IMG/VR virus record: IMGVR_UViG_3300031379_000001
Span: 1 to 61,540 of that record
Strand: one strand, 5' to 3'
DNA: 61,540 nucleotides
DNA from: a virus
Lineage: Duplodnaviria > Caudoviricetes
Part shown: positions 59,782-61,540 of the stretch, piece by piece
Layout of the letters: each line of letters opens with the position of its first letter
Position numbering within the stretch: position 1 is the first letter of the stretch
The notes under the pieces: model-generated
Seen by the model: the letters and a program-made list of their open reading frames with translations, nothing else
The model's database searches: none
Told to the model about the DNA's origin: nothing
Made by a program: the position numbers and the translations under genes

Positions 59782-59962
59782 TTCTTAGTAACTGGCGTTA
59801 TACTATGGTTTTCAATAGAATTCTTAGTAACTGGCGTTATACTATGGTTTTCAATAGGTTTCTTAGTAACTTGTGTTGTTATTGAGAACTAAAGTATTAC
59901 TATGGTTTTCAATAGGTTTCTTAGTAACTTGTGTTGTTATTGAGAACTAAAGTATTACTATA
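59782..59962. repeat. Nested tandem repeats (39 bp x2, 58 bp x2) sharing a 31-bp core
   Basis: Core ACTATGGTTTTCAATAG(AA/GT)TTCTTAGTAACT at 59802, 59841, 59899. Confidence 0.9.
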
Positions 59963-60311
59963 GATACATAGTTTGCTTTAGTACTATTTAAAGCTTTATT
60001 TCCACTATTCCCAGTCTTTATTTAGATTTCTAAGTGTACCGATACAATTTATTGTTAACATATCGTTGCTTTTTGTAAAAACTCTGTAATATTATGTAAC
60101 CAAGTATCTAAATGACATTTTAATTAATAATGTTTCTAATTTTAATCATTTATGATAACTAATCTTACTAGGATATACTAGGTCAAAAGAGGTTTATAAT
60201 TATCTCTTCTGTGTTTATTTAAGTTATGAAAAGGTAAATTGTGTACATAATTGATAACTTTAGATTTGAAAATAGTTAGATAAAAGGTAACTTTTGTTCA
60301 CAACTGACTTA

Positions 60312-60695
60312 CAATTAAAAACAACTATCCACAATATACAGTTTAGGCATACGCAGGCATTCGATCAGGCACTCTAGAACCCTTCTCCCAGTTGAGAATA
60401 GGCGGCATGGCGTTTTAGGCATAGGAAAAATACTTATAATATATATAGTTTTTATATTTTTATAATATATATACATATGTATACTTATTTATATATTCCC
60501 TTTTTCATAATTTTTTATATTCCCACACTATGCCTAAATAGCCTAAAGTATATATAGAGTAGATATAAGAAGGGTTTTCGAGTGCCTGAATTTTGCCTGA
60601 CTAGGCATAATGGGCACTTTATGCATTTTTTTTAATTTTTATGCATACCTAAATTTTACATAGTTTTGAAAATGATGGTACTTTTCTTTTAATTG
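60312..60695. other. Second, inverted and diverged copy of the origin-like element
   Basis: Four blocks match the reverse complement of 38826-39090 in colinear order. Confidence 0.75.
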
Positions 60696-60837
60696 ATAAT
60701 AATTAATTAAAATTTAAAAATATAACTCTAAGTTTACTTTTAACGATATTTGATAATTTATTTATAATTTAGTTATAATTAAAACAATAAATATAAAAAT
60801 AAAAAAAAAATAATTTATTTTTTTTCTTGCCTAGTTT

Positions 60838-60913
60838 TGCCTGAATTATTTTTTTTGCCTGAATTATTTTTTTTGCCTGAATTATTTTTTTTTGCCTGAA
60901 TTATTTTTTTTTT
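60838..60913. repeat. TGCCTGAATTA(T)n tandem repeat x4
   Basis: Read directly; same TGCCTGAA motif as in the origin-like elements. Confidence 0.9.
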
Positions 60914-61049
60914 ATACCGCCGTAAACTAAAGGAAGCTAAGAACGTTCTTAGCTTCCTTTGTAAGCTGGTATTTTTTAATCGGCAACTGACATAAACTAA
61001 AAATACCGCCGTAAACTAAAGGAAGCTAAGAACGTTCTTAGCTTCCTTT
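60914..61049. repeat. Duplicated 47-bp unit containing a perfect 32-bp palindrome
   Basis: AAAGGAAGCTAAGAAC|GTTCTTAGCTTCCTTT at 60929-60960 and 61018-61049. Confidence 0.95.
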
Positions 61050-61054
61050 TATAT

Positions 61055-61318
61055 TTACCAGCTTAATATATTAAAGTGAAATAAATCATCTATATTATAA
61101 AGAACAAATATTAGATCGCCCTTTTTATAATTCTTGTCATTTGGTGTACAAAAGGTCTTATTGCCATCATTATCCATACACCATTTACCGTCGGCACTAT
61201 AGCCATCTACTTCCATTATTTCAAATTTTATTATACCGTCTTGTTCCAAATAAACCATTACACCACATACCACTAATATTACTAATATTACTAATATAAT
61301 ACTTATTATTTTAATCAT
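61055..61318 (-). CDS. Small N-terminal TM protein
   Basis: Shared AAACAAAAAGGAGATTAAAA leader; hydrophobic N-terminus. Confidence 0.7.
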   Translation of the reverse strand: MIKIISIILVILVILVVCGVMVYLEQDGIIKFEIMEVDGYSADGKWCMDNDGNKTFCTPNDKNYKKGDLIFVLYNIDDLFHFNILSW

Positions 61319-61351
61319 TTTTTTAATCTCCTTTTTGTTTTATTTTGTTTA

Positions 61352-61540
61352 ATAGGGTACTATATACACCCATGCTATATAGGGTACTATATAGGGTACT
61401 ATATACACCCATGCTATATAGGGTACTATATACACCCATGCTATATAGGGTACTATATACACCCATGCTATATAGGGTACTATATACACCCATGCTATAT
61501 AGGGTACTATATACACCCATGCTATATAGGGTACTATATA
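61352..61540. repeat. 27-bp tandem repeat, about 7 copies with one partial unit
   Basis: Same unit as 1-108. Confidence 0.95.

Noticed and set aside
59802-59962. Mini-CRISPR array
   Set aside because: Inserts are 8 and 27 bp and are themselves duplicated; tandem duplication explains it better
60929-60960. LexA (GAAC-N4-GTTC) box or confirmed protelomerase site
   Set aside because: GAAC and GTTC are adjacent with no 4-bp spacer; no protelomerase-like ORF recognised
1-61540. tRNA, rRNA, integrase/att, ParA, introns or inteins
   Set aside because: None recognised by eye; divergent members among hypothetical ORFs cannot be excluded without searches

Overview
An AT-rich (roughly 25% GC by eye), apparently near-complete tailed phage genome with siphovirus architecture. 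Both ends of the window lie in the same 27-bp tandem repeat, so it is probably a circular or terminally redundant genome opened at that repeat. A Firmicutes (Bacillota) host is inferred from strong AGGAGG ribosome-binding sites, sigmaA-type extended -10 promoters, an LPKTG sortase substrate and an Amidase_3-type endolysin. Layout: small accessory genes (0.8-4 kb); packaging, head and tail module (4-26 kb); a split, divergent lysis cassette (26-27.5 kb); primase-helicase (30-32.3 kb); a plasmid-like module with an LPKTG Q/N-repeat surface protein, a membrane protein whose gene hides about 20 co-oriented TGTCC motifs, an RHH-like regulator and an FtsK/SpoIIIE ATPase, followed by an origin-like element with three perfect DnaA boxes (32.9-39.3 kb); replication genes (RuvC-like with a broken frame, SNF2 helicase, SSB, family B polymerase; 41.9-50 kb); a 23-bp tandem array; a leftward region of repeated promoter/RBS gene cassettes (51-59.4 kb); and a repeat-rich non-coding region holding an inverted, diverged second copy of the origin-like element. 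I recognised no integrase, ParA, relaxase, reverse transcriptase, tRNA or CRISPR array. The best candidate for an undescribed system is the relaxase-free FtsK/membrane-protein/surface-protein module with embedded DNA motifs. Family calls are from visual motif recognition only; no searches were run.
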